From the NCBI GenBank assembly GCA_964513145.1, contig CAZELK010000001.1, forward strand, positions 32,001 through 96,000: a stretch of 64,000 bases of DNA, in the 5' to 3' direction. Made by a program: the position numbers and the translations under genes. Below are positions 19,945 through 29,183 of this stretch, piece by piece (position 1 is the stretch's first letter; each line of letters starts with the position of its first letter). Under the pieces are notes generated by a model. The model was not told where the DNA came from. It searched no databases and saw nothing but the letters and a program-made list of their open reading frames with translations. Origin of the DNA: Candidatus Woesearchaeota archaeon. GTDB lineage: Archaea; Nanobdellota; Nanobdellia; SCGC-AAA011-G17; JACPIM01.

Positions 19945-20247
19945 TTAACCAAATAATGCCCCGAGGCCGACAGCAGCTGATTCTTCTGCTTTCTTTTCAT
20001 CTTCAGCTGATTTCTTCTTGTCTTCTTTAGCTTCTGTTTTTACTTCTGAAGGTTGTGCTGATGCAACTGGTATTGCTGCTTGCTTTATAACTTCATCTAT
20101 ATTGACTCCGTCTAATGCAGCCATTAAAGCCCTTGCTTTAGTATCATCAGCTTTTCCGCCAGCAGCTTCTATTACTTTTTTTACTTTATCCTGTGTTAAC
20201 TCTATTCCAAGTTTATGGATTAACAAAGCTGAATATACATACTCCAT
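19945..20247 (-). CDS. rpl12: 50S ribosomal protein L12 (archaeal P1)
   Basis: MEYVYSALLIH, N-terminal helical domain, C-terminal GLGALFG. Confidence 0.95.
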   Translation of the reverse strand: MEYVYSALLIHKLGIELTQDKVKKVIEAAGGKADDTKARALMAALDGVNIDEVIKQAAIPVASAQPSEVKTEAKEDKKKSAEDEKKAEESAAVGLGALFG

Positions 20248-20259
20248 ATTTTCCTCCGA

Positions 20260-21306
20260 TTATATTTCTCCCCTTATTTTTTTATCAGTAAGCTGTTTTA
20301 AAATATCTGCAGCTTGTTGTTGATCATTTTTTGTAACATCTGTATTTTTAACTTCTAATTTTTCATTTACTTTTTTTAGTTCTTCTTTTAACGGCACTTC
20401 ATCATTTAAAATTTTTTTTGGTTCTTCCTGCTTGACTTCAATTTTCTTTTCTTCTTTAGGTTTTTCTATTGTTTTTTCTTCCTGCTTTATTTCTTTTGAT
20501 TCTTCTTTTACTTCAACTTTTCCAAGATCGCCAACTTTATTTTCCAAAGCCAAGGCATTCAAATATGCTTTTCTTAATATTATATCAACTGTGTCTTTCT
20601 CAATATAGCAAGCACCTACAGCAAGATTTAATGCTTCTGAATATGCTCTCTTTATATTGTTTAAATATTCTTCTTCATTTATACTTAATTGATCCTTTGT
20701 TAAAATTTCCCCATTTTTATATGTAAACATTAAGTTTAAACCTATCTCCATAGGCTCTATACCAAGTTTACTTAAAAGACCGGCTAATTTATCAGAAATT
20801 ACTTCGCCTTCTTTAACAATCAGTTTATCATCTTTAATGTGGATTTTTCCTTCCTGAACCTGAGTTTTTATGCCTAATACACCAAATTCACCAATCATCG
20901 GACCTGGAGTGAATTGGGTTGGGCCAGCTTTGATGTAAATATCTTTATTTGCCAGTTGCCCTGCTTTTGCTGCTGCACTTGTTTTATTTTTATTTAACAT
21001 TTTTTGCAGCTTAAATTCATCTTCTTTTGTAAATACTAAGGCTGGAATACCTTTTAACAATGGCTTTATTTTTGCAATATCTTTTTTTTCTTTTTCTAAC
21101 TGGTCAAATGCTAATTTCATCAGCCTTTTTTTTGTTATTTTAATAAAAATCCTGTCTCGCAATTTATGCTTTATTTTTAAGAAATGGGCTGCTGGCAAAT
21201 TCTCTAAGTTTATTATGCCCAGGACAGGATATTCTTTAATAGTTTTCTTAATATTTTCAACTTCTACTTTCTTTTGCGGGTTTACGTGGGCTATTTTATT
21301 TTCCAT
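20260..21306 (-). CDS. rpl10: 50S ribosomal protein L10 (P0)
   Basis: AHVNPQKK, AKAGQ.A..DI.I.AGPT.F.PGP, LGIEPMEIGL; K/E-rich C-terminal extension. Confidence 0.93.
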   Translation of the reverse strand: MENKIAHVNPQKKVEVENIKKTIKEYPVLGIINLENLPAAHFLKIKHKLRDRIFIKITKKRLMKLAFDQLEKEKKDIAKIKPLLKGIPALVFTKEDEFKLQKMLNKNKTSAAAKAGQLANKDIYIKAGPTQFTPGPMIGEFGVLGIKTQVQEGKIHIKDDKLIVKEGEVISDKLAGLLSKLGIEPMEIGLNLMFTYKNGEILTKDQLSINEEEYLNNIKRAYSEALNLAVGACYIEKDTVDIILRKAYLNALALENKVGDLGKVEVKEESKEIKQEEKTIEKPKEEKKIEVKQEEPKKILNDEVPLKEELKKVNEKLEVKNTDVTKNDQQQAADILKQLTDKKIRGEI

Positions 21307-22024
21307 TTTCTTTTTTCTTTTCCCTTACTTTCTGGATTATTTGTTCTATTTCTTCTTTTTTATAATCCTTACCAATTTCAACTGCGCTGCCCATACTTAA
21401 TTTTATAAAAGTACTTTTTATGTTGTTTTTTTCTTGCGGTATGCTGTGAAGTATAAAATTATAAATCAAAAGAATATTATCAGCTATATCTTCTTCTTTC
21501 ATTGATTCATTTCCTATCAGTGTTTTTACTGTCAATTCGTTTTTAGTCTGCAGTTTTATTGTGTTTCTTAATTTTTCAATCAAGGGTTTAATTGTAGGCA
21601 AGTTTCCAGGAATGACACAGCCTACTTTTGGGTTAGGCATTTTTCCCAATGGACCAATAATTTTACCCAATAATGTAGCTATTTTTGGCATTATATCTGC
21701 CTGAGCTATAAAATAATCATAAGCTCTGGCGATTTTTTTCAATTCTTTCTTTTTATTTTCGTATTTAGGAAATTCATCTTTTAATATTACTAAATCGCAG
21801 GTTTCTTTAGCCTGCTTTTCCAGATCATAATCAACTAATGCACATATCTTTACTTTTCTACCTGTTGGGTGATTTAATTGAGTGAATAAATTTATATTTT
21901 CTTCTGGCTTTTTTAGATTTAAATTTTTTAGATTTATAACTAGGTCAATACTTTGCTTAAAATTTCTTTTCTTAGAAACTTCTTTTGCTAATTTTATTGA
22001 TTCTAGTATTTGCTTTTTATCCAA
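21296..22024 (-). CDS. rpl1: 50S ribosomal protein L1
   Basis: KRNFKQSIDLVINLK, LGKIIGPLGKMP. TTG start after the SD AGGAGG. Confidence 0.94.
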   Translation of the reverse strand: MDKKQILESIKLAKEVSKKRNFKQSIDLVINLKNLNLKKPEENINLFTQLNHPTGRKVKICALVDYDLEKQAKETCDLVILKDEFPKYENKKKELKKIARAYDYFIAQADIMPKIATLLGKIIGPLGKMPNPKVGCVIPGNLPTIKPLIEKLRNTIKLQTKNELTVKTLIGNESMKEEDIADNILLIYNFILHSIPQEKNNIKSTFIKLSMGSAVEIGKDYKKEEIEQIIQKVREKKKENGK

Positions 22025-22194
22025 TTTACCCTCCTACGAACCTTTTTAGCGAATCACTAAAAACTTACGGAATCCGTAATGTAGTCCAAATGGGTAAGAA
22101 TTTTACTATATTTCTTATTTATAAATATTTGTCTTTATTTATTCCTACTCTTATGTATGAAAAAGTTTAAATACTTTTACTTACTATTAATATT

Positions 22195-22431
22195 ATGATC
22201 ATTAGAAGAGAAATAGGTAAAAAAGGACAGGTTGTAATCCCCAAGGACATAAGAACTTTTTTGGGAATAAAATCCGGAGAGAATGTCATTTTTGAAGTTA
22301 GAAATAAAGAAGTTGTCTTAAAACAGCAAGACAATACAAATTTTTTAGAAGAATTTTTGAATGTTTCAAAGAAACTGAACAAGGGAATTAGAATAAAAGA
22401 TATAAAAGAAGTGATAGATGAGCAATATTAA
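22195..22431 (+). CDS. AbrB/MazE-family antitoxin (VapB-like)
   Basis: REIGKKGQVVIPKDIRTFLGIKSGE.V.FEV; overlaps a PIN-domain gene. Confidence 0.88.
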   Translation: MIIRREIGKKGQVVIPKDIRTFLGIKSGENVIFEVRNKEVVLKQQDNTNFLEEFLNVSKKLNKGIRIKDIKEVIDEQY

Positions 22432-22840
22432 TTATGTTGATGTAAATATTTTTATTTACCCAGTAGTCAATCCTATTAAGGACTCAAAGGCCTTATCTTC
22501 TAAAAAAATTTTAGACAGGATAGTAAAAAATGATATTTCTGCAATAACTTCTTTTTTAAGCTGGGATGAATTTGTATATTCTATAAGGAAATTCTTAGGA
22601 AAGGAATTGGCTGTTACTGAAGGGAAAAAACTCCTTGAATTTCCCAATCTGAAATTCTTAAAAGTTGATGAAGAGGTTATACAAAAAGCCCAAGATTTAA
22701 TTACAAAATATAATTTAAAACCAAGAGATGCTATACATGCTGCAAGTGCTTTAATTAATGATGCTGTTTTAATAATTTCTGATGACCCTGATTTTGATAA
22801 GATGATTGAACTTATTAAACGAATTAAATTAGAGTCCTAA
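22418..22840 (+). CDS. vapC: PIN-domain toxin (VapC-like)
   Basis: YVDVNIFIY, WDEF, PRDAIHAASA, ISDD.DFD acidic PIN quartet. Confidence 0.9.
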   Translation: MSNINYVDVNIFIYPVVNPIKDSKALSSKKILDRIVKNDISAITSFLSWDEFVYSIRKFLGKELAVTEGKKLLEFPNLKFLKVDEEVIQKAQDLITKYNLKPRDAIHAASALINDAVLIISDDPDFDKMIELIKRIKLES

Positions 22841-22894
22841 TTTATATCTCGTTTTGCAATAAAACTTATAAATCATTATTAACAATTATAATTT

Positions 22895-23308
22895 ATGACA
22901 GAAAATAATTCAAGAGATCCAGTGGGATTAAGAAGGGCCGGATCTGCTTTTAATTTGTCTGGAAGACTGGGCCAATATGCAGCCCTAATGTATGGGGTCT
23001 ATACAATTAACCAAGAAAACATTAACATTAAAAAAATTGTTTTAAGCGGTGTCGCTTTTGGAGTTTTTAGTTTTATTGAGTATTTGTCATGCCTTGCTGC
23101 TTACAGGGCTGAAGGAGAAATAATAAGGGAGACTACTAATGAATTAAAAGACAAGATTAATCATCTGGAAAGAAAAATTTCTGGAAAAAGTATAAGTTCC
23201 AGAATTTTAGATCCAAACAAACCTGATGACAGGACTAAACTTGATGAAATTGTAGAAAGAAACTTAAGAGAAGCAGAAAAGAAAGATAAAAAATCAAGGT
23301 CTTATTAA
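22895..23308 (+). CDS. Hypothetical membrane protein
   Basis: Two hydrophobic segments followed by a charged coiled-coil tail. Confidence 0.65.
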   Translation: MTENNSRDPVGLRRAGSAFNLSGRLGQYAALMYGVYTINQENINIKKIVLSGVAFGVFSFIEYLSCLAAYRAEGEIIRETTNELKDKINHLERKISGKSISSRILDPNKPDDRTKLDEIVERNLREAEKKDKKSRSY

Positions 23309-23814
23309 GATAATAAATAAACATATAATTTCTCAAAGAAAAACTTTTTTTCTGATAATTTTTTATATTTAAAATTGTATTTTTTAATTATTGTATTAAC
23401 ATCGGGAGTTAATGAACTAAAAACCATTAATATTTTTCCATTCTCTTTTAAATGTTCTCTTGCTTTTGACAAAAACCTTTCTATAATCTCATTACCTTTT
23501 TTCCCACCAATATAGTTTAGGTTGTCTTCTAATTTTACTTTGTCATCTGGCAAATATGGCGGATTGAAAGTTATTAAATCAAATTTTCCATTTACATTTT
23601 TGAATAAATCTGATTTTATACATTTAATTCCTAATTTTTTACAATGGATTACTGATTCTTTGTTAATATCAACTGCAGTAACATATTTTGTTTTTTTTAG
23701 TGCTGTTTCTGCCAATATACCAGTTCCAGTACACATATCAAGAACTTTTCCTTTTGCATATTTTTTTACTTGCTCCTGTATTAAGAAACTATCATCTGAT
23801 GGTTTGTATAGCAT
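23305..23814 (-). CDS. prmC: HemK/PrmC-like protein-glutamine methyltransferase (archaeal aPrmC/HemK2)
   Basis: LYKPSDDSFL, VLDMCTGTG, FNPPYLP, GG..G.E motifs. Confidence 0.88.
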   Translation of the reverse strand: MLYKPSDDSFLIQEQVKKYAKGKVLDMCTGTGILAETALKKTKYVTAVDINKESVIHCKKLGIKCIKSDLFKNVNGKFDLITFNPPYLPDDKVKLEDNLNYIGGKKGNEIIERFLSKAREHLKENGKILMVFSSLTPDVNTIIKKYNFKYKKLSEKKFFFEKLYVYLLS

Positions 23815-23865
23815 TTTATTTTATAATTAGAATAAATTTATAATTGTTTTTAATCTTGTTATTTT

Positions 23866-24459
23866 ATGAGAGAATTTATATTGTTGGCTTCAAGAGCCAG
23901 AACAAGTCCTGATTTTGATTTATTTAATTTAAAGGAAGCTGGAAGAATGGATTTAGTTTGCAGGGCTGTTTCGAGTGCTTTTTTTACTTCAGACAATTTA
24001 AGAACTGACACTATCTTGAATGTTGTTTTAAATGGTCCTGATTATCCACCAAAAATTATAACTTTTTCTGGAAATAGTTTAAGAAATATTTATCCTGATG
24101 AGATTTCTATAGCTGGATATATTCTTCAAGCATTAAAAAAGGGCAAAAATCTGAAATTAAATGAACAAATTGATGTTACAGACGGAGTAAAAATCTCCAA
24201 AAAAAGTTTTGAAGCACAGGTTAAAGAAAAATCTTCAGATAAAAAACTTATTTATTTAAATGATAAAGGAGAAGATATAAGAGATATAGAACTTAAGGAT
24301 GATTTTGTTTTTATTTTAGGCGATAATTTGGGGTTGCCAAAGAAAACTGAAAAATTTTTAGACAGATTAAATGCAAAAAAAGTCAAATTAGGTTCAGTTA
24401 GCTTGTTCAGCAGCCATGCAATTATCCTGGTTCACAATGAATTTGATAGAACAGTTTAA
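23866..24459 (+). CDS. trmY: tRNA (pseudouridine54-N1)-methyltransferase TrmY
   Basis: MREFIL..S.A.T..DF.L..L...GRMDL.CR...SAFF.S...R, FILGD..GL (SPOUT fold). Confidence 0.9.
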   Translation: MREFILLASRARTSPDFDLFNLKEAGRMDLVCRAVSSAFFTSDNLRTDTILNVVLNGPDYPPKIITFSGNSLRNIYPDEISIAGYILQALKKGKNLKLNEQIDVTDGVKISKKSFEAQVKEKSSDKKLIYLNDKGEDIRDIELKDDFVFILGDNLGLPKKTEKFLDRLNAKKVKLGSVSLFSSHAIILVHNEFDRTV

Positions 24460-24485
24460 AAATCTGTTAATTATTTATAATTTAA

Positions 24486-24605
24486 ATGAAAAGAGTTGCA
24501 ATTATTGGCGGCGGATTTGGAGGAATTTATACTTGCAAATATTTATTAAAGAAATTAAAGAATGTTGAAATAATATTAATCAACAAAATTAATTATTTTA
24601 TTTAG
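24486..24605 (+). pseudogene. 39-codon N-terminal remnant of an FAD-dependent oxidoreductase (NDH-2/SQR-like)
   Basis: MKRVAIIGGGFGGIYTCKYLLKKLKNVEIILINKINYFI*: a complete beta-alpha-beta GxGxxG Rossmann start, then a stop colliding with the pfdA 3' end. Confidence 0.75.
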
Positions 24606-25020
24606 TACTATTTTCTTCTTCAATTGACATAGCATTTAATTCTACAGTTAACTGCTCACTATATAGTGCTGCTTTATTCAACTGTTCTCTTATTGTTTCC
24701 AATGACGAGGTTACATTTATAACCTGGCTTTTTATCAAGGTTACAGAGTCATTAATATTTTTTTCAACTAATATTCCTGCACCGATATTGACTATGACGT
24801 TTTGATTATTATTTAACTTGCTGCTGATAAATATGCCAGGACCTATAGATGAAAACATATCAGAACCATTTTTAATATCATTTAATTCTAATACACTAGC
24901 TTCTAAATTTGTTAATTCATTTAATTGCTGCTGCAAGAAAATAAATTGTTCCTGAACCTGCTTTATCTGCTGATTCAGCATCTGAAGTTCAACGTACTTT
25001 TCTTGTACTTCTTTTTTCAT
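24598..25020 (-). CDS. pfdA: Prefoldin alpha subunit
   Basis: Coiled coil - beta hairpin (SIGPGIFI....VIVNIGAGILVEK) - coiled coil. Confidence 0.92.
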   Translation of the reverse strand: MKKEVQEKYVELQMLNQQIKQVQEQFIFLQQQLNELTNLEASVLELNDIKNGSDMFSSIGPGIFISSKLNNNQNVIVNIGAGILVEKNINDSVTLIKSQVINVTSSLETIREQLNKAALYSEQLTVELNAMSIEEENSTK

Positions 25021-25600
25021 CTTTGATCTTTTTTGCTTTTGTTTCTTTTACTTTAACAGGCGTCTTTTCTTCTTTTGCTACTTTTTTCTTTTCCCTTATT
25101 TCATAACCTAATTTGCCAAATTCTTTTTTTATATTTTCTGTATTTTCATTTTTTTTGATATCAATTTGCCTTTCAAGTGTTTTTAAATGAAGAATATTGC
25201 ATTTTCTTCTCTTTACCTGGCCATCAATCATGACAAAATTATCATCAATTTTATCAATGACAACACAAATTTTAGATCCTTCCTTGCCTGCTGTTTTGAC
25301 ACATACCTGACCAATTTCCAGTGGCAATTCTTTCATTTCCTTAAATTTGTTAATTATAGTTTCGCGCGAACATTTGCTACATAAGTTTCCACCATATGCT
25401 CTTGAAACTGTTTTTTGACTTAAAGTTAAATTTCTAAAACCAGAAGGTCTTTCTCTTGGTATTCCTTTTAATGCTGTTTTACATTTTCCGCATTTTACTG
25501 CAGATGGTTTTCTTTTAAGATAATGAATTACTAACCTAGAACCAGGTGTTTTTACTTTTACTCTTCTTAAGCTTCTTGTTGCATTTGGTTGTATAGCCAT
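24989..25600 (-). CDS. rpl34e-rpl14e: Fused 50S ribosomal proteins L34e-L14e
   Basis: N-terminal half RSLRRVKVKTPG....HY..RKP...KC..C...L.G....R......SRAYGG.LC..C (L34e). C-terminal half EIGQVCVKTAGKE...CVVID.IDDNFV.IDG.VKRRKCNI.HL (L14e). No stop between them. Confidence 0.9.
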   Translation of the reverse strand: MAIQPNATRSLRRVKVKTPGSRLVIHYLKRKPSAVKCGKCKTALKGIPRERPSGFRNLTLSQKTVSRAYGGNLCSKCSRETIINKFKEMKELPLEIGQVCVKTAGKEGSKICVVIDKIDDNFVMIDGQVKRRKCNILHLKTLERQIDIKKNENTENIKKEFGKLGYEIREKKKVAKEEKTPVKVKETKAKKIKDEKRSTRKVR

Positions 25601-25601
25601 T

Positions 25602-26069
25602 TTAATGAAGTTTTAGTATCTTTCTTATTATCAGGCTGAATATTATTGATGAAATAATGTATGTTCCAAGCCAGCCTATGCTTGAACCAATTAACGGAAG
25701 TGAGAAAGGAAGATTTATTAATGTTTCTCCTGCTGGAAATTTTTTTCCAAGCCAGCTGAATATTATTAACAATGGTATAAGAGTGAATAATGTTGGCTTC
25801 ATTGAATGCTTCATATAATTTAAACTATTTTCCATAGCTTTTTTTTGCATTTCCAGTAGTTTTTGCGGTTCATCTTTAAGATTTTTCATTTCATTCTTGA
25901 AAAACTGGCTTTCTTCTTTAAGTTTTTTCATAGCATTTTGATCACTTAAAAATTTTATTGCCAAGTTAACTAGTAAAGTTAAAATAAATGAGATTACAAT
26001 TAAACTCCATGGTTTTCCAAGGGCTAAAATCCAGCCAAATATAAAATTCAAAAAATTATCCAATACCAT
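25602..26069 (-). CDS. DUF106/EMC3-TMCO1 family (Oxa1 superfamily) membrane protein
   Basis: TM helix, coiled coil (DQNAMKKLK...), MKPTLFTLIP, GWLGTYII; usual position after secY. Confidence 0.88.
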   Translation of the reverse strand: MVLDNFLNFIFGWILALGKPWSLIVISFILTLLVNLAIKFLSDQNAMKKLKEESQFFKNEMKNLKDEPQKLLEMQKKAMENSLNYMKHSMKPTLFTLIPLLIIFSWLGKKFPAGETLINLPFSLPLIGSSIGWLGTYIISSIIFSLIIRKILKLH

Positions 26070-26070
26070 T

Positions 26071-27471
26071 TTACTCCATCATCTTTTTTAATCCTGGGTG
26101 CATGTCTACCATGTGCTGCCTACTAATGTCCTCATATAACTTGTAAATTATCATAACAGTAAGAAGTAATCCAGTACCGCTTGTTAAAGCACCCAATAAA
26201 TCTGCTGTTGCTGCCAAAAAACCTACTGACATTGCACCCATTACAGTTAATGGGGATATATATCTTTCTAATAATTTTTCAATGACTCTCGGATCTCTTC
26301 TGAAACCTGGAATCTGCAATCCGGAATTTATTATTTGTTTAGCCTGGGACGAAGCATCCATACCAGATGTCTGCACCCAGAATATTGAAAATATTATTGA
26401 ACCAAAAACAAAGGCAAGAATATATACAAATGACTGGGCTACTAAAATTGGCCTAAAGCTTCCGCCCAAAATCTCGGCAGGCAAATTAGGTGCAAATAAC
26501 CATGATACTAAACCTGAAGTCGGGGTATTGCCTGCAAATGTTCCCAAAATTGGATAACCCCAACCTTCCAAAAGCCTTGCCCATAACTGGATATTTGCAA
26601 ACAAAGCTGCGATTAATATTACCGGGATATTTGATGTATACATAAACTTTAAAGGCCACCTTATACCCTGACCACGGATACGGCCAAAACTTAGGGGGAT
26701 TTCTACTTTCATTGACTGGGCATAAACAGCAACAACAAAAATTAAAACTGTGAATAATATCAACAAGCCAGCCAAGAATGCTTCTCCTGGATTTCTCTGA
26801 ATTAATGACAGTAATAAAACCCATAATTGCCCAACAGGACTTTCTCCAGATCCAAGTGCGAAATTACCACCCCTTGTTAAAGGAGATAAAATTCTTACAA
26901 ATAATTGTGATGCTACTCCAGCTGCTATAAATAGACTAGTACCAGAACCAAAGCCCCATTTATTTAAAACCTCATCCATAAATAAAACTAATAATCCGCC
27001 AACAAATAACTGTATTACCATAAATATCTGGAGTGTACTATATAATCCAGAACTGACGCTTTGTGGTGGAGCAAGACCACCCAAGTAAACATAGATAATT
27101 GCCTCGAAAATTATGAAACCTATAGCTGATATTTTCTGAACTCCCTGAAAATGAGATCTTCCTTCATGTGTTGTTGTGTCAAATTTTAATATTCCTGAAC
27201 CTGTTAATAATTGCAAAACTATTGATGCAGTAACAATAGGACCAATACCCAAGGATAAAATACTTCCAAAACTTGCACCCAATAAAATAGAAATTGATTC
27301 AAATTGAGACAAGGCGTTTTGTCCTAAGCCATACAAAGGCACTATACTTAAAATGTAAAATGAAGTTAATATTATCAAAGTCCATTTTAATTTAGTATTA
27401 AAAGAAACATGCTTTTCTTCAGGTCCTTTAATTTCTGGGAGACTATTTAGAATTTTTTTAAAAAGACTCAT
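26071..27471 (-). CDS. secY: Protein translocase subunit SecY (Sec61alpha)
   Basis: LGIGPIVTASI, DE...KWG.GSG.SLFI, MYTSNIPVIL, IPGFRRD, GTGLLLTV. Confidence 0.97.
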   Translation of the reverse strand: MSLFKKILNSLPEIKGPEEKHVSFNTKLKWTLIILTSFYILSIVPLYGLGQNALSQFESISILLGASFGSILSLGIGPIVTASIVLQLLTGSGILKFDTTTHEGRSHFQGVQKISAIGFIIFEAIIYVYLGGLAPPQSVSSGLYSTLQIFMVIQLFVGGLLVLFMDEVLNKWGFGSGTSLFIAAGVASQLFVRILSPLTRGGNFALGSGESPVGQLWVLLLSLIQRNPGEAFLAGLLILFTVLIFVVAVYAQSMKVEIPLSFGRIRGQGIRWPLKFMYTSNIPVILIAALFANIQLWARLLEGWGYPILGTFAGNTPTSGLVSWLFAPNLPAEILGGSFRPILVAQSFVYILAFVFGSIIFSIFWVQTSGMDASSQAKQIINSGLQIPGFRRDPRVIEKLLERYISPLTVMGAMSVGFLAATADLLGALTSGTGLLLTVMIIYKLYEDISRQHMVDMHPGLKKMME

Positions 27472-27472
27472 C

Positions 27473-27883
27473 TTATTTTTTTATAATTTGTCCACCTATT
27501 TTTTCAATTTTTTCTTTTGCATTTTTACTATAGCTACTTATCATGACTGTTATTTTCTTTGTGAGATTTCCTTTTCCTAATAATTTTGTAAATCCCATAT
27601 TAGCAAGATCTATACTTGATTCTTTGTATTTTTCTAAATCTCCTATATTAATAATTTTTATTTCCCTTTTCAAATGCTGGGGTCTTCTAAAACCAAATTT
27701 CCCAAAATAATCATGGCCATATTTTTTTAAGATCATTGTTTTTTTATGGTCAGATCTTTTTCCTGTGCCAGACATTCCACGGCCACCACGGTTGCCAGCT
27801 TTTCGATGCTTTTTCTTACTACCCCAACCATATGTGTGCGATCCTTTCTGCCTTGAATTTTTCTTTCTTTTATTTATTGGCAT
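27473..27883 (-). CDS. rpl15: 50S ribosomal protein L15
   Basis: RQKGSHTYGWG..KKHR.AG.RGG.G, FGK.GF, K.LGKG. Confidence 0.94.
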   Translation of the reverse strand: MPINKRKKNSRQKGSHTYGWGSKKKHRKAGNRGGRGMSGTGKRSDHKKTMILKKYGHDYFGKFGFRRPQHLKREIKIINIGDLEKYKESSIDLANMGFTKLLGKGNLTKKITVMISSYSKNAKEKIEKIGGQIIKK

Positions 27884-27887
27884 AAAC

Positions 27888-28361
27888 TTAAACCATTTTT
27901 ACTATTAATTCATTAATTTTGTCTTTTCTATAACCCAAGACTCCACCCAATGAATAGGGTTTTTTAGTGCTATTTTGTTCAAAACCGCCTTTTGGAGGAC
28001 ATAATTTAAAAAAATTTTTTAATCCTGGAATATCTTTAAATTCTTTTTTAATATTCATAAAATTTTCAACAAATTCATTTAATGATAATTTTACATGTTT
28101 TTTTAAATATTCTTCACTAAACTTTTCTTTTTTTGTTATTTTGCCTCTTTTTTCCAATAAAACTTTGAAAGTTTCCTTGTCTATTTCGCCCCAAGTAACA
28201 TAATTATTTAATTTCATAATCATTCCAAGATAATTTTTTGTAGAAGGCACAATTGTGCAAGTATATTTATTATATAACCTTAATAAATTGAAAGTTTCCT
28301 TGATATCTTTTTTAACTCCGACTTTTCCAGCAATCCTTATTATTGCAATCCGCTTTTCCAT
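27888..28361 (-). CDS. rpl30: 50S ribosomal protein L30
   Basis: IAIIRI.G, LLRL, V.WGEI, LCPPKGGF, LGYR.DKIN.L..KM. Confidence 0.93.
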   Translation of the reverse strand: MEKRIAIIRIAGKVGVKKDIKETFNLLRLYNKYTCTIVPSTKNYLGMIMKLNNYVTWGEIDKETFKVLLEKRGKITKKEKFSEEYLKKHVKLSLNEFVENFMNIKKEFKDIPGLKNFFKLCPPKGGFEQNSTKKPYSLGGVLGYRKDKINELIVKMV

Positions 28362-28362
28362 T

Positions 28363-29163
28363 TTAAATCATACCTTCAACAATACCTAAATCGCTTATTA
28401 ATTTATTATTGACTTTTGTTGTGCTTAATTTTCCTAAACATTCAAAGCATGATTTTATTAAATTGTATTTTGTTCTTGACTGACCGAAAGTTTTTGAATA
28501 AACATCCTTTATCCCAGCAAAAGCCAACATTCTTCCACATTCTTTTTCTACACATAAATTACTTCCTTTAGGTGCAGGCATTAATGTCACTATAACGCTG
28601 CTGCATCTTGATGTAACTTCAAAAGGAATAGAATGAGAACCTTTACAATTGCATTCCCATGAACCACAACCACGCCTTATTTTTATCAGATTTAATTTGG
28701 CTTTTCTGATTGCTTTCTCTCTTGCAGGAACTGTCTCTTTTGACTTACCATAACCTATACCAATATAACCATTTTTATTACCCACTATAGCTAATGCAGC
28801 AAATTTCGGTTTGTTACCTTCTGCTGTTTTCTTCTGGGTTTGTCTCCAAATAGACCTTTTACCGCCGCCAAATTTACCTTTGCTTTGACCAACCATTATA
28901 AAGTCAACTTCTAAGTTTGGCATTAAAAGATCAACAACTTGTGCTTCCAGAATTTTCATACCATTATCAAGAATTTGATCTATATTTGTGATTTTACCTT
29001 CTTTAACCAATTTTCCCAATGTAGTTTTCGGTTTCCAACTAGAAACTTCTTCTTTAACAACTACGCCCAAAGGCAATTCTTCTTCTACAACAGGCAAGAC
29101 TGCTGCTTCTGTAGTACTTTCTAATTTTGTTTCTTCGCTTTCAGGCAATTTCGTTTTTTCCAT
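28363..29163 (-). CDS. rps5: 30S ribosomal protein S5
   Basis: W.PKT.LGKLV, GQ.KGKFGGG, IVGN.NGYIG.G, RRGCGSWEC.C, PAPKG; acidic N-terminal extension. Confidence 0.95.
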   Translation of the reverse strand: MEKTKLPESEETKLESTTEAAVLPVVEEELPLGVVVKEEVSSWKPKTTLGKLVKEGKITNIDQILDNGMKILEAQVVDLLMPNLEVDFIMVGQSKGKFGGGKRSIWRQTQKKTAEGNKPKFAALAIVGNKNGYIGIGYGKSKETVPAREKAIRKAKLNLIKIRRGCGSWECNCKGSHSIPFEVTSRCSSVIVTLMPAPKGSNLCVEKECGRMLAFAGIKDVYSKTFGQSRTKYNLIKSCFECLGKLSTTKVNNKLISDLGIVEGMI

Positions 29164-29183
29164 TTGTTTCTTATTAAAAGTGG

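Noticed and set aside
22161-22178. Inverted repeat AAAAGT-N6-ACTTTT upstream of vapB as a TA operator
   Set aside because: It coincides with the BRE/TATA, and a near-identical AAACTTTAAATACTTTT occurs upstream of gyrB (~3595-3611), so it is probably just promoter sequence.
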